From the NCBI GenBank assembly GCA_002269645.1, contig NIVC01001383.1, positions 51,160 through 115,159 on the forward strand: a DNA stretch of 64,000 bases. The letters run 5' to 3'. Within the stretch, counting starts at the first letter, position 1, and each line of letters begins with the position of its first letter. Position numbers and translations under genes: made by a program. The DNA is from Macrostomum lignano (lineage: Eukaryota). The notes beneath the pieces are model-generated. The model saw only the letters and a program-made list of their open reading frames with translations. It made no database searches and was not told the origin of the DNA. Positions 61,166 to 64,000 of the stretch are shown here, piece after piece.

Positions 61166-62094
61166 TTCATTGGCCTTCAAAAATGTTAATTCAGTCCTGT
61201 TGGCGAAATTGCAGCCAAATAGCCAAATAAAACGAAGGGGCTCTTAGGAAGGACACTGCAGAGGGGTCTGGCTTTGTGAGGCCTGGTGGAAGCCTCGCCC
61301 CTCTGCCCCCCCTCCCCAGTTATTCCTCTATGGAATTCTCCTATGCCGCCTTGTTTATTTGGGGGAAATTTATACCCAAAGACTTCGGGTTTTATAATCC
61401 CTTCTCTCTAAGTCTCTGACTACCCAGGCTTTATAATAATCCTAATCCACCCGGCCCTAATCGCTCGTTAAGACTTTGATCAGCTGAGTTAGCTAAGCTG
61501 ATGGCAAAGCCTCTGACAAGCAGATTAAGGCTCTCTGGATTCGGGACAGCTAAACTTCATTATAGAGCATATGCGCCACGTAAGCTTGTGTATACAGATC
61601 TAATATTAGAAAGCCTACAGATGACGATATGTTGTGTAAATTACTTTAATCGTAGTTATTTTTCACTTGTTGAAACTAAAGAGATTAAAGTACGCATTGA
61701 GTTACTGATCGGCTAGTAATATCGGCCTTCGAAACTTTGATAAAAAATAAATAAGTAAAAATAGATATAGTCTCCACTCTAGTTACTGTAAGACTGAGCA
61801 GGTTCTAAAATCGGTTTTGGAAATGCTAATTTAAAATATTCACAAATTAGATTTAGGAAACTGAGGGTGCGTCTGTAGTTTCGATTCAACTTCTAATTTT
61901 AGAATAATTAATTGCCCAAATAATTTTGTTTTCTACTTCAGAAAGCGCTTCCTTCAATTCGAAATTTGAATTTTAAGCTTCCTAATGGGATTAATGCAAT
62001 TCGTTTGTACTTGTATATAATTTCCCCCGGGTAGGCTCAGTTCTCTAATAAGTCCCCCCCACTCTTGAGGCAGCTTCTCCAATATTGACTTTTC

Positions 62095-62148
62095 TGAGTC
62101 TGTCTGTCTGCCTGTCTGTGTCTGTCTGTCTCTCTGTCTGTCTGTCTG

Positions 62149-62181
<33 letters not shown>

Positions 62182-62256
62182 GCCTGTCTGTGTCTGTCTG
62201 TCTGTCTGTCTCTCTGTCTGTCTGTCTATCTATCTGTCTGTCTGCCTGTCTGTCTG
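62095..62256. repeat. (TCTG)n microsatellite
   Basis: Direct observation. Confidence 0.93.
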
Positions 62257-62371
62257 CCCGTCCTCATGCAATGCTTCATTGCTCAGTACATGAATGTAGC
62301 TCCCTGTGTGTCTGCTGACGCAAGGATGAGTTTAAATAAGCCTCAGATTTTCAATCGCGCGGCCCACTCAC

Positions 62372-62482
62372 CTGCCATCTCAGCGGACTCAATTCAATGT
62401 GGCCCGGGAGACGAGGCCCTCCGCGGTGCGGTCTCGCTGCGGGCGAGGCGGACTGCTTAATTCCGCTAAAAGCAGCCGCCAT
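62372..62482 (-). CDS. Candidate first coding exon of an unidentified minus-strand gene (MAAAFSGIKQSASPAARPHRGGPRLPGHIELSPLRWQ)
   Basis: Acceptor CCCCGCAG 12 nt before AAAATGG; 37 open GC-rich codons ending at a consensus CAG|GTGAGT donor. No downstream exon was identified. Confidence 0.35.
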
Positions 62483-62679
62483 TTTCAGAGGCAACTGCGG
62501 GGGCTGCAAGACAGCCCAGATTGAATTAATTTTTTTGTCATTTCGTGCGCAATGAAAAAGGCTGCGGCCTCGTGAGGGCGGCAGCCAAATATGAGAATTT
62601 CCTGTGAAAATTGGCCCGCACCTTGTCTTGAACAGCCAATCCGCTGAGCTGTTTGAGTCGCTGAGGCTGTTCACTTTCT

Positions 62680-62881
62680 AACTAATTAACTAACTAACTA
62701 ACTAGCTAACTAACTAACTAACTAGCTAACTAACTAACTAACTAACTAACTAGCTAGCTAGCTAACTAACTAACTAGCTAACTAACTAACTAACTAGCTA
62801 GCTAGCCAACTAACTAACTAACTAACTAACTTACTAACTAACTAACTAGCTAACTAACTAACTAACTAACTAGCTAGCTAG

Positions 62882-62920
<39 letters not shown>

Positions 62921-62921
62921 G

Positions 62922-62958
<37 letters not shown>

Positions 62959-62959
62959 C

Positions 62960-62994
<35 letters not shown>

Positions 62995-62995
62995 C

Positions 62996-63026
<31 letters not shown>

Positions 63027-63041
63027 CAACTAACTAACTAG

Positions 63042-63074
<33 letters not shown>

Positions 63075-63093
63075 CAACTAACTAACTAACTAG

Positions 63094-63134
<41 letters not shown>

Positions 63135-63135
63135 C

Positions 63136-63173
<38 letters not shown>

Positions 63174-63188
63174 AAACTAACTAACTAG

Positions 63189-63221
<33 letters not shown>

Positions 63222-63314
63222 CAACTAACTAACTAACTAACTAACTAAACTAACCAACTAACTAACTAGCTAACTAACTAACTAATAACTAACTAACTAA
63301 CTAACTAACTAACC

Positions 63315-63370
<56 letters not shown>

Positions 63371-63450
63371 GCTAGCTAACTAACTAACTAACTAACTAGC
63401 TAACTAACTAAATAACCAACTAACTAACTAATTAATTAAATAACTAACTA
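62680..63450. repeat. (CTAA)n microsatellite, ~770 bp, with CTAG/CCAA interruptions
   Basis: Direct observation. Confidence 0.97.
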
Positions 63451-63850
63451 GAAAGAGCCTGTTTATGAGTAACAGAGAACGGGAACTAAGGGGATAGTTT
63501 TAGTTTGGAATTTTCAAGCCTCTTGCACCCAGGTTGTTTGCGGCTAATTGGACGCAAGGCCGGTTCTAAATGAAGTAAAAAGAAGTTCATTTCCTTGTTT
63601 GTAATTCTTTCTGACATTTCAGTCGTCTAGAAAATGTCAAAGAGGAAAATATTTGACCGGAAATTGTTTTCACTACTCAAGCCTTGTTGGCTTGATTCTA
63701 AAGGTTTCCTGTCTTCTTTGATTCGATTTCTTCTTGCGATGGCAAAAGCTTTGGCAATCCTTACAGGGCTGTGTCTGAGAAGGCTCGGATTAAATATAAC
63801 CATTGTTGAATTTTTAATTTGACATTCGATATGTTCCAACTTTTCAACCC

Positions 63851-64000
63851 CACAGTGAATTCCCATTCCCCCACTGCTCACTTATCCACAGTGAATTCCC
63901 ATTCCCCCACTGCTCACTTATCCCACATGAATTCCCATTCCCCCACTGCTCACTTATCCCACAGTGAATTCCCATTCCCCCACTGCTCACTTATCCCACA
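63851..64000. repeat. 36-bp tandem repeat running off the window end
   Basis: CACAGTGAATTCCCATTCCCCCACTGCTCACTTATC units. Confidence 0.9.

Noticed and set aside
62680-63450. (CTAA)n as a telomeric repeat
   Set aside because: It reads TTAG, not the TTAGGG expected for flatworms, and it is interstitial with ordinary sequence on both sides.
63627-63881. ORFs on both strands near the window end
   Set aside because: No recognisable motif, AT-rich codon usage unlike the real exons, and no clear splice boundaries.
1-64000. CRISPR-like appearance of the many 20-50-bp repeat arrays
   Set aside because: Units are head-to-tail with no unique spacers, no cas genes are present, and the context is spliced eukaryotic genes.

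Overview
Eukaryotic (animal) genomic DNA, not prokaryotic, so the ORF track's TTG/GTG starts and its long ORFs over repeats are mostly artefacts. GC-rich exons, introns filled with private minisatellites and a match to the flatworm spliced leader point to a macrostomid flatworm such as Macrostomum lignano (inference). Gene models were rebuilt by hand from GT-AG sites and reading-frame phase. They are: the 3' part of GMPPA (+), whose 11.5-kb intron holds a complete antisense gene for a ~1870-aa repeat coiled-coil protein; PAAF1 (+), which has no genomic ATG; cystathionine gamma-lyase (-); and six co-oriented + strand genes (ataxin-3, MRPS14, an S9 peptidase, a TIF1-like RING/B-box/PHD TRIM, IMP3 and a frameshift-interrupted DAXX). 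Ataxin-3 intron 1 carries a decayed mariner, nested MITEs and a long hairpin. The most notable signals concern spliced-leader (SL) biology: a genomic SL relic forming the start codon of the S9 peptidase, and genes that begin at a phase-0 acceptor and may take their AUG from the SL. About 30 tandem arrays are present. There is no CRISPR array, rRNA or intact tRNA.
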